This document shows positions 9,801 through 19,945 of a stretch of 58,707 nucleotides of DNA, in pieces. Every line of letters begins with the position of its first letter. Positions within the stretch are counted from its first letter, which is position 1. This stretch comes from Bacillota bacterium (GTDB lineage Bacteria > Bacillota > Sulfobacillia > Sulfobacillales > JAIMBI01), in assembly GCA_021795575.1 (NCBI GenBank), contig JAJYPH010000003.1, positions 1 to 58,707 of the forward strand, given 5' to 3'. The notes below the pieces were generated by a model. It had not been told where the DNA came from, made no database searches, and saw only the letters and a list, made by a program, of their open reading frames with translations. The translations under genes and the position numbers were made by a program.

Positions 9801-10637
9801 CTACTCAGGCCGTCGCTCCGTGCGGCTTAGCGTGTCCCCAGGGCGTGCCGTCATGCGGAACACGTCCGCCGGCACCAGCAGATGGTCCACCGGGCCCAGC
9901 GCCGCCTGAGCGTCGCGGGCCGTTAAATCGATGGACAGGGGCGTCACCGAGACAAAGCCCGCGGCGACCGCCACCACATCGGTGTCGGGCGCCTCCCGCG
10001 TCTCGTCTGCCGAACCCGCCAACATATACCATTCGCGCCCGGCGGATGGCGGCTGCCGCTGAAATTCGTTCAAATAGTGACGCTCACCCAGCCGTGTGAT
10101 GCGCAGCGCCGGCGGCGGCGCTGCGCCGAGCGGCGGCAGGTTCACGTTGTAAAACACCCCCGGGGGCAGGGGCCGATAGGCATGGTCCAGCCACCAGGCC
10201 ACAAAGGCGGCGGCCGCGGCCATGTGCGCGCCGCCCCGCTCCGCGAGCGACACGGCCACGGCGGGGGTACCCATGAACGCCGCCTCCATGGCGGCCGACA
10301 CGGTGCCGCTGTAAAATACGTCGCGGCCGAGATTGGAGCCATGGTTGACCCCGGACAGCACCAGGTCCGGGGGACCGGGCAGCAGCTGCTCTAAGGCCAG
10401 CTTGACGGCGTCCACGGGGGTGCCGCCCACCGCAAAGCCGCGGATTCCTGGCTCCACTTGGCGCGCCGAGACCGAAATGCGCTGGGTCAGGGTGATGGCG
10501 TGGCCACTGGCGCTGCGATTCCCATCGGGCGCCACCACCACCACGTCGCCGCGTTCCCGGACCGCATGCGCCAGCGCCCGAATGCCCGGGGCGTCAATGC
10601 CGTCATCGTTCGTGACCAAAACCAACACACGATTCAC
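9801..10637 (-). CDS. surE: 5'/3'-nucleotidase SurE
   Basis: LVTNDDG, GTPVDAV, SGVNHGSN, YSGTV. Confidence 0.95.
   Translation of the reverse strand: MNRVLVLVTNDDGIDAPGIRALAHAVRERGDVVVVAPDGNRSASGHAITLTQRISVSARQVEPGIRGFAVGGTPVDAVKLALEQLLPGPPDLVLSGVNHGSNLGRDVFYSGTVSAAMEAAFMGTPAVAVSLAERGGAHMAAAAAFVAWWLDHAYRPLPPGVFYNVNLPPLGAAPPPALRITRLGERHYLNEFQRQPPSAGREWYMLAGSADETREAPDTDVVAVAAGFVSVTPLSIDLTARDAQAALGPVDHLLVPADVFRMTARPGDTLSRTERRPE
9828..9856 (-). promoter_or_regulatory. candidate sigma-G promoter for the SASP gene, inside the surE 3' end
   Basis: GCATG-N17-CACGCTA. Confidence 0.55.
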
Positions 10638-10664
10638 TCCCGTTCCATCCCACTGCCTGCCATC

Positions 10665-13613
10665 TCATCCCGTTCCATCCGGAGGCGGCTCCGCGCTGGC
10701 GCCGCCCGTGGCCGGGGCGCCGCTCCCCGCTCCGGCAAACGCCGCCACCTGCTCCAGTACGGTGGGTGTGTCACCCAGGACCAGCTGGGGGCCAGGGAGT
10801 GATCGAAGAAATGCCCGGCCGTAGCGTGTCCCCCGGCCGCGCGGCCCGGCCCCGACGGGGAGAATGCGCGGGTCCAGCACCACCACCGCCCCGCGGTCGG
10901 ACTCGGTGCGCAGCAGGCGTCCGAATCCCTGGCGAAACTTGAGGACCGCCTGCGGCAGCGAGCGCGCCGTGAAGGCCGATCGCCCGTGCTGCGCCAGCAC
11001 CTCGGCGCGCGCCTGCTCGAGCGGTTCCCCCGGGTAGCCAAACGGCAGCCGCGCCAAGACGACCGCGGCCAGGGCGGGACCGGGCACATCGACCCCTTCC
11101 CACAGGCCGCTGGTGCCCAGCAGCACACTGCCGGGATGGGCCCGCAAATGGGCCGCCAGCTGGTGCGCGCTGCCGTGGGGTCCCTGGACCAACAGATCCA
11201 GTCCCGCGGCGGCCAGCGGGACGTCCAGGTGATCCGCCAGCGCGCGGACCGCCGCCCGGCTGGTCACCAGGACCATCAGCCGGCCTTGCAGGCGCAGGGC
11301 CAGCGCCTGCACAAAGTCCCCGACCCGCCGGAGATGCTCCGCGTCATTGGGCAGGGGAAAGTCCCAGGGAATGGCCAGCAGCGACTGGTCGTGGGTGGCA
11401 AACGGCGACGGATAGGGCGTGACCTGCGCGTCGGGCGCCAAACCCAACTGACCCCCGAGATAGTCGAAGCGCCCCTCGGTGGTTAGCGTGGCCGACGTGA
11501 GCACGGTGCCCCCCGGCACGGCACGCCAGAGCTTCTCATCCAACTGGCTGCCGGGATTGAGGGGAGCGCGCCGAATGGCCACCTGCGTAGCCGCCGCATT
11601 CCACTCCCACCAGTCCACCCAGTCATCGGCCCGCTCGCTGAACGCCTGCAGTCCCACGGCCAGTTCTTGCACCACGCGCTCCATCCGCCCCAACTGCAGC
11701 CAGCGCACCGCACGGCGGTCGGAGCCGGGATCGTCGGCTTCGGCCCCGGCCACCGCATCGGCCAGCTGCCGCGCGGCCATGGCCAAGCTGTCGGCCGCCT
11801 CGCGAAGCAGCGCGGCCGCCCCGCTCTCCTCCAGCGCATCGGCCACTGCGGGTACCACGCGCAGGGATTCCACCCAGGAAGTCCCGCCAGCGACTGCCGG
11901 CGCGTCTCCCTTCCACCGCCGCCCGACGTCCACCAGAGCTGTGGCCGTCTGGTTCAACAGCGCACCGTTGGCGTGCAGCGACGCCCGCACGCGGTCCGCA
12001 CGAGCCCCCAGCAGCTCATGGCTTTTCCCCAACAGGCCCGTGGGCTTCGCCCAGTCCGCCAGGAGGCGGGCCGCCCGCACCAAGTCCACCCGAAGGCCCA
12101 GCGCTTGGTCAGCCACCTCCGGCAGGTGGTGCGCCTCGTCGACCACGAGGTGCTGAAACTCGGGCAGCACACCGCCCTGCGCCGCGTGAGCCAGCAGCAG
12201 CGCGTGGTTGGTCACCACCAGGTTCGCGCCCTCGGCCAGGCGCCGGCTCTTGCGCATGTAGCAGGAGCCCGCAAACCGACAGCGGGCGCCCAGGCACGCG
12301 TCGGGGTCGGCCGCCACCGCCTCCCACACCTCCTGCGCGCCGGGCAGGCGGCCCCCGACCCATTCGTCACGCTCCCCCGACTCGGTGTCGACCAGCCACG
12401 TGATCAACGAGGCGGCCGCCACGCGCTGCTCCCAGTTCCACGCGATGTCCACCCCTCCGGTCTCTTCTTCGGCCTTCAGCAGGCAGGCGTAGCGTGCCCG
12501 GCCCTTGAGCAGCGCACGCGGCACGTCTTCCAGCCCCAAAGCCCGGAGCGCCTCCGGCAGGTCTTTCTGCCACAGCTGATCCTGCAGGGCCACGGTGTGC
12601 GTGGCCACGACCACGCGGCTCCCGTCCCACGCGGCCTGCCGTACGGCGGGCAGGAGGTATGCCAGGCTCTTGCCCACCCCCGTGCCGGCTTCCGCCACCA
12701 GCGTGCCCGCGTCCGCCAGCGTCAGTTCGACGGCATCCGCCATCGCCACCTGGCCCGGCCGGGACTGCCAACCCGGGTGCAGGGTGGCCAGCGGTCCCCC
12801 AGGCCGGAAGCAGTCACGGATCGGCCCCATCTCCACGCCGTGCCGATCCAACGGCACCGCGGGCGGTTCCGGCACCGGACGAAACAGCGCCGCCTCGCCA
12901 CCCGCCGGGGCCGCGTCCCAAGTCCACCAGTCGGCCTCGCGGCCCACGGTGCGCTTCAGCAGCCCGGTGGTGGCCGGCCCCAGCTGGCCCAGGCGGCGAT
13001 GAACCGCGGCCATCACGTGGTAGCAGGCGGCCACGTCGGTCCGGGCGTCGTGGGACGTGCCGGGGACCGCCAGTTCCAGGGCGAACTCTGCCAGCTTGTA
13101 GTTGGCGCGCGTCGGAAACGCGATCCGTGCCCAATCCCACGTGTCCAGGCCGCTCACCAGACGCAGCCCGGCTTCGGCCAAAAAATTTAGGTCAAAGGCC
13201 ACGTTGTGGCCCGCGACCGGCGTGTCCCCCACAAACGCCTGGAGAGCAGGACCCACCAGGCTCCACGGGGGGGCCGCCGCCACGGCGCCGGGATCGAGCC
13301 GCGTCAGCCGCAGGACCTCCGTGGGGATGGATGCCCGCGGTCGCACCAGACTGGACGCCATCGGCAGCACCGGCGCGGGCGCACCCGGATCGATCCGCAG
13401 CGCCGCCACCTGAATGATTTCGTCGCGCATCGGGTCCAGCCCGGTGGTCTCCAAATCCAGAATCACCAGCGGACGCGCCAGCAGCGCCGCAGGCGGGGGC
13501 AGGTTCCAGTCCGCCGGATCCCATGCGTCCACCGTCAGCGGCGCCCAAACTCCCTGGGACGGTGCCCAGGCCCCACGGTTGTCGGGGTGCCGGTCCTCTT
13601 GCCTCGGTTTCAC
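10665..13613 (-). CDS. dinG: DEDDh exonuclease fused to DinG-family helicase (start uncertain)
   Basis: DLETTGLD, HNVAFD, HDARTD; EAGTGVGKS, four Fe-S Cys, DEAH, QGFGRLLR. Confidence 0.9.
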   Translation of the reverse strand: MKPRQEDRHPDNRGAWAPSQGVWAPLTVDAWDPADWNLPPPAALLARPLVILDLETTGLDPMRDEIIQVAALRIDPGAPAPVLPMASSLVRPRASIPTEVLRLTRLDPGAVAAAPPWSLVGPALQAFVGDTPVAGHNVAFDLNFLAEAGLRLVSGLDTWDWARIAFPTRANYKLAEFALELAVPGTSHDARTDVAACYHVMAAVHRRLGQLGPATTGLLKRTVGREADWWTWDAAPAGGEAALFRPVPEPPAVPLDRHGVEMGPIRDCFRPGGPLATLHPGWQSRPGQVAMADAVELTLADAGTLVAEAGTGVGKSLAYLLPAVRQAAWDGSRVVVATHTVALQDQLWQKDLPEALRALGLEDVPRALLKGRARYACLLKAEEETGGVDIAWNWEQRVAAASLITWLVDTESGERDEWVGGRLPGAQEVWEAVAADPDACLGARCRFAGSCYMRKSRRLAEGANLVVTNHALLLAHAAQGGVLPEFQHLVVDEAHHLPEVADQALGLRVDLVRAARLLADWAKPTGLLGKSHELLGARADRVRASLHANGALLNQTATALVDVGRRWKGDAPAVAGGTSWVESLRVVPAVADALEESGAAALLREAADSLAMAARQLADAVAGAEADDPGSDRRAVRWLQLGRMERVVQELAVGLQAFSERADDWVDWWEWNAAATQVAIRRAPLNPGSQLDEKLWRAVPGGTVLTSATLTTEGRFDYLGGQLGLAPDAQVTPYPSPFATHDQSLLAIPWDFPLPNDAEHLRRVGDFVQALALRLQGRLMVLVTSRAAVRALADHLDVPLAAAGLDLLVQGPHGSAHQLAAHLRAHPGSVLLGTSGLWEGVDVPGPALAAVVLARLPFGYPGEPLEQARAEVLAQHGRSAFTARSLPQAVLKFRQGFGRLLRTESDRGAVVVLDPRILPVGAGPRGRGTRYGRAFLRSLPGPQLVLGDTPTVLEQVAAFAGAGSGAPATGGASAEPPPDGTG

Positions 13614-13681
13614 GATCGACGCCCCTGTCCCCACTGTGATCGGCCATCCGCGTGCCGTCCTCCTGCCAATTGTACCGTGCG

Positions 13682-13710
13682 GCATGGCGCCGGGTCGTTG
13701 GGGCACGATA
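13682..13710 (+). promoter_or_regulatory. candidate sigma-G promoter
   Basis: GCATG-N17-CACGATA. Confidence 0.5.
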
Positions 13711-13766
13711 CGGGCAGGGGAACGCCCGGGTCAGAACACCGCGGTCATCACGAAAGCGAGGCGCAC

Positions 13767-14150
13767 ATGTACGGCACAGACGATCGACAACGCCCCCTGA
13801 CCTCGAGGCCGGCGGCCCACAGCGGGCGTGAAGTGACCCTGCTGGCCAGCTTCGAGGGGCCCGAGCAGGCCCAGCGCGCGGCGGACGCGCTGCGCGCCGC
13901 GGGATTTGACATTGTCCAGCTGGCGGACGGGCCGTCCGCCCACGCCGAACCGGCAGGGGCACCCCTGGTGGAATGGGGGCGGTACGGATATCAGCTGGGG
14001 GCGCTGGACGACAAGTGGACAACGGCCGCCGCCTGGGAGGATCCATTGGCGTGGCCCCTGGGCGGCGGCACGCTCCTCACGGCGGTGGTCCCCAGCGCGG
14101 ACCGTCCGCGGGCCGCTCACGTGATCGAAGCGGCGGGCGGCCGCTTATAG
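13767..14150 (+). CDS. hypothetical protein, possibly spore-associated
   Basis: GAGG RBS + ATG; LLASF...AQRAADAL..G and EAAGG termini; sigma-G-like promoter upstream. Confidence 0.7.
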   Translation: MYGTDDRQRPLTSRPAAHSGREVTLLASFEGPEQAQRAADALRAAGFDIVQLADGPSAHAEPAGAPLVEWGRYGYQLGALDDKWTTAAAWEDPLAWPLGGGTLLTAVVPSADRPRAAHVIEAAGGRL

Positions 14151-15239
14151 CCGCAGGGTCGCGGGAGGCTGGCTCGGGGCGCGGAGGTACACCGGATTGG
14201 TCACCACAAAGGGCACCCAGCGCCGCCCGCTCGGCCGGGCGGCCTCCACGCGCCAAACCCCGGGGGTCTCGGCGACCCCGGCCCAGGCGACGCCTTCATG
14301 CCGCGCCGCGACCACCCCGTCGCGCAGCACCACCAGCTGCACCGGGCACGGACTTTCCACCGTCAGGGTGATGCCCGGCTGCCACGGCGCCTCCTCTCCC
14401 ATGGCCCAGACCCGCTCGCCCCGGCTGGCCCAAAACCGAAACCCCTTGGGGAATCCGCCACCCTGCCCACTCACGCACTGCACGCGGCCCGCGGCGAGGG
14501 CGTCCAGCACCTGCGCCCGATCGGCCCGCCAGTCGGCCCCCCGAGACAGGGGCGCCGACGTGAGCGCATGCGTGCGCACGGTGTTGAACGACACCCGGTA
14601 GGGAAACACCACGACGCCTAGGGGTGGTCGACCCAGCACCACCGCATGCGCATCGACGCCCGCCACCCCCACCACCCGACGGCGCTGGCCCAGTCGGTCC
14701 CACAGCGCCAGCGTCGCCGCCGTGGGGCGCTCGCTGCCGCGGAACGGGTGGCGCAGCGCCCCGATGCCGGACCCGACTCCCTGCACACTCCGCATCCACT
14801 GGGACAAATGGTTCCAAATTTCCAGCCCCGTGTACGCGTCCCCCTCGCGGTCCGCCCATCGGTAGGAGGGAAGCTTCAGCACGGGGTTGCCGGGATCGTC
14901 CGGGTGGGCGACGAACCCGAGATGCCCCTGGGCCGCCGCCTCGGCCGTAAACTGGGCAAACGGTCGGTGCCGGTTGGGCACGCCCGTGCCGCCCAGTGCC
15001 AAATAATGATTTTGTGGCGGCGTCACCTCGAGGCCCACCAGCAGAAGCGCGCCTCCCCAGTACCCTTCGCCGGGGTCATGCCGAGCGGCTTCCGTGTCAT
15101 GGTCCGTCAGCCACAGCACGTCCACGTCAGCGGCCCGAGCCGCCGCCATGATGTCCGCGACGGTCCCGCGCCCGTCGGAGTAGCGCGAGTGCACGTGCAG
15201 CACCATGCTGACTTCATGCCACAACGGCTCTCGGCTCAT
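14145..15239 (-). CDS. PHP-domain (CehA/McbA-like) metallohydrolase
   Basis: HVHSRYSDG, LTDHD, AHP, GLEIWN, GVDAH; ATGA overlap with the upstream gene. Confidence 0.88.
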   Translation of the reverse strand: MSREPLWHEVSMVLHVHSRYSDGRGTVADIMAAARAADVDVLWLTDHDTEAARHDPGEGYWGGALLLVGLEVTPPQNHYLALGGTGVPNRHRPFAQFTAEAAAQGHLGFVAHPDDPGNPVLKLPSYRWADREGDAYTGLEIWNHLSQWMRSVQGVGSGIGALRHPFRGSERPTAATLALWDRLGQRRRVVGVAGVDAHAVVLGRPPLGVVVFPYRVSFNTVRTHALTSAPLSRGADWRADRAQVLDALAAGRVQCVSGQGGGFPKGFRFWASRGERVWAMGEEAPWQPGITLTVESPCPVQLVVLRDGVVAARHEGVAWAGVAETPGVWRVEAARPSGRRWVPFVVTNPVYLRAPSQPPATLRL

Positions 15240-15667
15240 GGGGTCTCGGGCCGAATCGCGCGGTGCACCGACGCGCCGGGCAAGAATCGTCCGCGGGCTT
15301 CGGCCATCACCGGGCCGTCGACCTGCGCGAGCGTCGCCCGCGCCGCCACCACCCGGTGTGCCGACCGCCAAGCCCACCCCTCGACCACCATCGGGACGCC
15401 CACCATCACCGGGTGCCGATACCTGACCGTGAGCTCCACGGTGGCCGCATCCCCCTCGGTCTCCTGCCACACAGCGTGCCACATGGCGTCGTCCAGGATG
15501 GCGGCAATCGTCCCTCCGTGCGCCACGCCCGTGAATCCCTGGTACCGCGCGGGCACCACCAGCTGCGCGGTCACGGGGCGGCCCAGGTGCCACACGACGT
15601 GGAGCCCCTCGGGATGGTCCGGACCGCACACCCAACAGCGGTTTTCCCGTTCCCCGGGCGCGCTCAT
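15236..15667 (-). CDS. PaaI-family hotdog thioesterase
   Basis: CWVCG..HPEGL, HGGTIAAILDD. Confidence 0.88.
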   Translation of the reverse strand: MSAPGERENRCWVCGPDHPEGLHVVWHLGRPVTAQLVVPARYQGFTGVAHGGTIAAILDDAMWHAVWQETEGDAATVELTVRYRHPVMVGVPMVVEGWAWRSAHRVVAARATLAQVDGPVMAEARGRFLPGASVHRAIRPETP

Positions 15668-16959
15668 GATGGGGTCAGCGCTCGGGCGCGGTTCATGCTT
15701 TCCCTGAGGACCGCGCCTTCGTCAAACGTGGTGATGACCCCGTCGTCCACCACCACCTGCCCGCCGACCACCGTATAGCGCACGTCGCCCGGCGTGGTCG
15801 CGTAAACCAGCGTCGACAGCGGATCGGCATGAGGGACCACGTGGGGCGCCCACCAGCTTGCCACCGCCAAATCGGCCCAGTGGCCTACCGCCAGCACGCC
15901 GCTGTCCCAGCCCAGCGCACGCGCGCTGCCCCGCGTCGCCAGCCGCAGCGCGTCGCGCGCCGAAAAGGCGGCCGGGTCGCCCGTGGCCGACTTCTGCAGC
16001 CACGCCGCCAGCCGCATCTCCTGGAAAGGATCCAGGCGGTTTGTGCTGGCTGGACCATCGGTGCCGAGGCCCACCGTGACGCCCGCCCGCTCCAGCGCGA
16101 TGACCGGCGCCACCCCATTACCCAGCTTGAGATTGGACGTGGGGCAGTGGATCACCGCCGCGCCGGACCGGGCCAGCCGTGCGATGTCCGGCTCCGTGAG
16201 GTACACCCCATGCGCCACGACGGTCCGCCCCGTCAAGAGGCCCACCTCATCCGCCCACCCGATGGGCGAAACGCCGGCGCGGTCGCGCACCTGCTGCCCC
16301 TCTTCCTCACTCTCCGCCAAGTGGATGTGAATGGCGAGGCCATGCCTTTGTGCCGCCTCGGCAATCATGGCCGCCAGCGGCGGCTCCACGGTGTAGGGCG
16401 CATGGGGCGCCAGCCACCCCGCCACCCGGCCACCGCGGCCGGCCAGCTCGGCGGCCAGTGCCACCGCCTCCTCCACAGCCGCCTGCGCGCCCGCCCCGCC
16501 CGCCAGGCCGCGTCCCACCATGGCCCGCAGCCCGGATGTTTCCGCCGCGCGCACCACCGCCCCAGGAAAGTAATACATGTCGGCGAATCCCACCACCCCG
16601 GCATGCAGCATTTCGGCGGCCGCCAACAGCGTGCCCACCTCCACGTCCTCGGGCGTCAGCCGGTTCTCGATGGGCCAGATGTGCTCCGTGAGCCAGGGCA
16701 TGAGCCGGGAGTCGTCGGCAAATCCGCGCAGGAGGGACATCGCCGCGTGGCCGTGGCCGTTGACGAACCCGGGAAACACCACCCCTTCGCCCATCTCGAT
16801 GCGGCGGCCGACCGGTCCGCGTGCGGGCGGGCCCACGTACTGGATGACGCCATCGGCCCACACCACTTCCCCGGGGGTCCACACCGTGCCGGCCTCGTCG
16901 CCCGTCACCACATGGCTGGCCACGACGCTCGTGGCCGCAGCGCGATTCACCTCGGGCAT
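15664..16959 (-). CDS. mtaD: MTA/SAH deaminase (amidohydrolase)
   Basis: HGHAAMSLLRG, PHAPY, HLAE, HCP.SN.KL, GTDG; TGATG coupling to ahcY. Confidence 0.88.
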   Translation of the reverse strand: MPEVNRAAATSVVASHVVTGDEAGTVWTPGEVVWADGVIQYVGPPARGPVGRRIEMGEGVVFPGFVNGHGHAAMSLLRGFADDSRLMPWLTEHIWPIENRLTPEDVEVGTLLAAAEMLHAGVVGFADMYYFPGAVVRAAETSGLRAMVGRGLAGGAGAQAAVEEAVALAAELAGRGGRVAGWLAPHAPYTVEPPLAAMIAEAAQRHGLAIHIHLAESEEEGQQVRDRAGVSPIGWADEVGLLTGRTVVAHGVYLTEPDIARLARSGAAVIHCPTSNLKLGNGVAPVIALERAGVTVGLGTDGPASTNRLDPFQEMRLAAWLQKSATGDPAAFSARDALRLATRGSARALGWDSGVLAVGHWADLAVASWWAPHVVPHADPLSTLVYATTPGDVRYTVVGGQVVVDDGVITTFDEGAVLRESMNRARALTPS

Positions 16960-18215
16960 CACGCGGGGTTCCACGAAAACGCGGCCAGGTAGGCGGCCTG
17001 GTCCGCCGTGAGTGCGTCAATCTGGACGGCCGCGGCCCGAAGGCGCGCCTCCGCCACGGCGCGGTCCACCTCGGGGTCCACCGCGTACAGGCCCGCGGGG
17101 CGGGTCTCGGTGGCCAGCCGCTCCAGCGTCAGGGCCTGCAGGCCGAAGGTGAGGTCCATGATTTCCACAGGGTGCCCGTCGCCGCCCGCCAAATTCACCA
17201 GTCGACCATCGGCAATCACCACGCGCTGCCGGCCGTCCGCCAGGCGATAGCGCATGACGTCCGCATCGCGGCCGGGCTCGGCGGCGACTGCGGTCTGTCT
17301 CAGCCACTCGACGTCCACCTCCACGTCAAAGTGGCCGGCATTGGCCAGCACCACGCCGTCGCGCATGGCGGCCAGGTGCTCGGGGCGCACCACGTCGCGG
17401 CAGCCCGTGCAGGTCACGACAAACTGGGCCTCGCGCGCCGCGTCGATCATGGGCATTACGCGGTGCCCATCCATCAGCGCCTCGTTGGCCCGGACCGCGT
17501 TCACCTCCGTCACGATAACGCGGGCACCCAAACCGCGGGCGCGCTCCGCCACGCCGCGCCCGCACCAGCCGTAGCCGGCCACCACAACGGTGGCGCCGGC
17601 CACCGTGAGGTTGGTGTGACGCAGGATGGCGTCCCAGGTGGACTGGCCGGTGCCGTAGCGGTTGTCAAAGAGATGCTTCATGGCCGCGTCGTTCACGGCC
17701 ACCATGGGAAACGGCAGGGCCCCCGCCGTGGCCAGCGCCCGAAGGCGCGTGACGCCCGTGGTGGTTTCTTCGGTGCCGCCGCGAACCCCGGCGGCCAGGG
17801 ACCGGCGGTCCCCCACCAGCCGCGACACCAGCTCGCTGCCGTCGTCCACGATCAAGGTCGGCTCAAGGTCCAGCACGCGATGGTGCAGCCGGTCGTATTC
17901 ATCGTCCGACAAGCCGCGGCGCGCATGCACGCTGACCCCCGTTTCCGCCAGCGCGGCCGCCACGTCATCCTGCGCCGACAGGGGATTGGAGCTGGTGATG
18001 GCCACCTCCGCGCCGCCATCGGCCAGCAGCCAGGCCAGCATGGCCGTCTTGGCTTCCAGGTGCAGCGACATGGCGATTCGCTGCCCCGCGAGGGGCCGCT
18101 CGCGCACAAACCGTTCGCGAATGCCGGCCAGCACGGGCATGTAGGCCCGAGCCCACTCCAGTTTGCGACGCCCCCACGACACATCGGACTCATAGGAATC
18201 GCTTGTCGTCGTCAC
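16959..18215 (-). CDS. ahcY: adenosylhomocysteinase-family hydrolase, possibly SIH-preferring
   Basis: HLEAKT, SNPLSAQD, EETTTG, FDNRYGTGQS, GYGWCG, NAGHFD; GTGA overlap. Confidence 0.93.
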   Translation of the reverse strand: MTTTSDSYESDVSWGRRKLEWARAYMPVLAGIRERFVRERPLAGQRIAMSLHLEAKTAMLAWLLADGGAEVAITSSNPLSAQDDVAAALAETGVSVHARRGLSDDEYDRLHHRVLDLEPTLIVDDGSELVSRLVGDRRSLAAGVRGGTEETTTGVTRLRALATAGALPFPMVAVNDAAMKHLFDNRYGTGQSTWDAILRHTNLTVAGATVVVAGYGWCGRGVAERARGLGARVIVTEVNAVRANEALMDGHRVMPMIDAAREAQFVVTCTGCRDVVRPEHLAAMRDGVVLANAGHFDVEVDVEWLRQTAVAAEPGRDADVMRYRLADGRQRVVIADGRLVNLAGGDGHPVEIMDLTFGLQALTLERLATETRPAGLYAVDPEVDRAVAEARLRAAAVQIDALTADQAAYLAAFSWNPA

Positions 18216-19045
18216 GTGCCACCGCCTCCCATCAAATTGTCCGGAGCCGCCGGGCAGAAGCACTCCGCCCGTCCCCCATCGGGCAGGGCGTGGGACAACA
18301 GGCGCGTCATCTCCGCCTGCTGGGTCGCCACCACCGTCGTCACGTCCTCGTGCGTCAACGGCCCGGACGCCAGCCCCGCCCCCAAGTTGGTCACCAGGCA
18401 CACGGTCGCATAGCACAGGCCCAGCTCGCGGGCCAGCACCACTTCGGGCACGCCCGTCATACCGACCACCGTGCCCCCCAGTCGGTGAAACGCCCGAATT
18501 TCCGCGGCCGTTTCGAACCGCGGCCCCTCGGTGCACACATACGTGCCCGACGGGGCCAGCTTGATGCCGTCGGCGTCGGCCGCGGCCATCAGCACGCTCC
18601 GCCACCCGGCGCAGTACGGCGCCGTCATGTCGGTGTGGCGCACGCCGGGCACCGGAGCGCCGGCCCCGTCGAAAAACGTGCGGGCCCGCGGTCCCGTGAA
18701 GTCCAAAAACTGATCCACCAACACCAGCGTCCCGGGCGCCAGGGCCGACTCGAGCGAGCCGACGGCGGCCGTGGCCAGCACGGCGCGCACCCCCTCCTGC
18801 CACAACGCCCACAGATTGGCCCGGTAGTTGACGCGGTGGGGGGGGATGCGGTGCCCCGGCCCATGGCGATTCAAGAACCAGAGCGGGCGGCCGCCCAGCT
18901 CCCCGCCGCTCAGCGGCACGGCCCCATAGGGGGTGTCCACCACCTTGCTGGCCGTCGGCACAAATCCTGTCAGCCGTCCGGGGTCGTAGATGCCGGTACC
19001 GCCAATGAGGCCGACCGGCGCCGGGTCCGTTGCTGGCATAGACAC
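18212..19045 (-). CDS. mtnP: methylthio-nucleoside phosphorylase (MTAP/MTIP family, 6-oxopurine signature)
   Basis: GLIGGTG, RHG..H.IPPH, GPRFETAAE, GMT..PE, VTN.GAG. Confidence 0.9.
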   Translation of the reverse strand: MSMPATDPAPVGLIGGTGIYDPGRLTGFVPTASKVVDTPYGAVPLSGGELGGRPLWFLNRHGPGHRIPPHRVNYRANLWALWQEGVRAVLATAAVGSLESALAPGTLVLVDQFLDFTGPRARTFFDGAGAPVPGVRHTDMTAPYCAGWRSVLMAAADADGIKLAPSGTYVCTEGPRFETAAEIRAFHRLGGTVVGMTGVPEVVLARELGLCYATVCLVTNLGAGLASGPLTHEDVTTVVATQQAEMTRLLSHALPDGGRAECFCPAAPDNLMGGGGT

Positions 19046-19120
19046 CCCATCCCCCCACTTTGTGCTGTTTCTGCCGCCGCTGGCGCCAAGCCCGCCGCAT
19101 CGGTGGTCGTGCGGTACAGT

Positions 19121-19945
19121 CTATCCGTTCGGAGGCGCCGGTGGGTCCGAGCGCGCTGGCGGCGCCAACACCACACGCACCACCTCGGGCCGCGCCCAAA
19201 AGCGCACCGGAAGCTCCGAAGTGCCCAGCCCACGGGACACCACCAGCGTGCGGCCGTCAGGCCACGGCACCCGGCCGGCTGTCTTCCCCCGCGGAAGCCG
19301 GCTGTGGCGAAGGATCGGTCCCAAGCCTGGCAGAGCCACCTGACCCCCATGGGTGTGTCCCGCCAGCAGCAGCTGGCAGGGGTCGGCGCCCGACGCGAGG
19401 ATCGCGTCGGGTCGGTGACTCAGGAGGACGGCGGCCCCCCCCATCGGCACAGACGGCCACGTCGGGCGTCCGCGACCCAAATCAGGGACCCCCGCCAGCC
19501 AAATCCGCCGCCCCTTCGGGCTCGTGTAACATTCCACGCGGTTGTCGAGCCGTACCTCGTCCGGCGGGTCCCAGGGCGCAAGGTCCAGGACCCGCCGACG
19601 GTAGTCGTGATTGCCCGACACAAAGCGGGTGCGATCGGCGGGCAGCCGCTCGAGCCACGCCACCAGCCGCGCCCGCGGACGCGTCGGGGAATAAAGATCG
19701 CCCGTGATGGCGATGAGGTCCGCCTCCGCCAGCCACCGCTGAACGTCGGCACGTCCAAAGACCTGCACGCGGCCGTGCAGGTCAGACAGCTGGACAATGG
19801 CAAAGCCGGCCACGTCGGCCGGCCAGTCGGGGTGCCACACCGTGTAGTCCACGAGTCGGATCCAAAAGGGCTCCACCAAAAACCCATAGGCGGTCGTTGC
19901 CCCCGCCGCCAGAGCCAGCCAGGTCCACGGCGAAAACCCCATCAT
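19121..19945 (-). CDS. calcineurin-like metallophosphoesterase (YkuE-like)
   Basis: SDLH, TGD, GNHD, LSH.P, GHTHGGQ, SRGLG. Confidence 0.9.
   Translation of the reverse strand: MMGFSPWTWLALAAGATTAYGFLVEPFWIRLVDYTVWHPDWPADVAGFAIVQLSDLHGRVQVFGRADVQRWLAEADLIAITGDLYSPTRPRARLVAWLERLPADRTRFVSGNHDYRRRVLDLAPWDPPDEVRLDNRVECYTSPKGRRIWLAGVPDLGRGRPTWPSVPMGGAAVLLSHRPDAILASGADPCQLLLAGHTHGGQVALPGLGPILRHSRLPRGKTAGRVPWPDGRTLVVSRGLGTSELPVRFWARPEVVRVVLAPPARSDPPAPPNG

Noticed and set aside
16959-19199. 746-aa AhcY with a long N-terminal extension
   Set aside because: The extension is an out-of-frame read of the phosphorylase gene; the GTGA-coupled start is 18215
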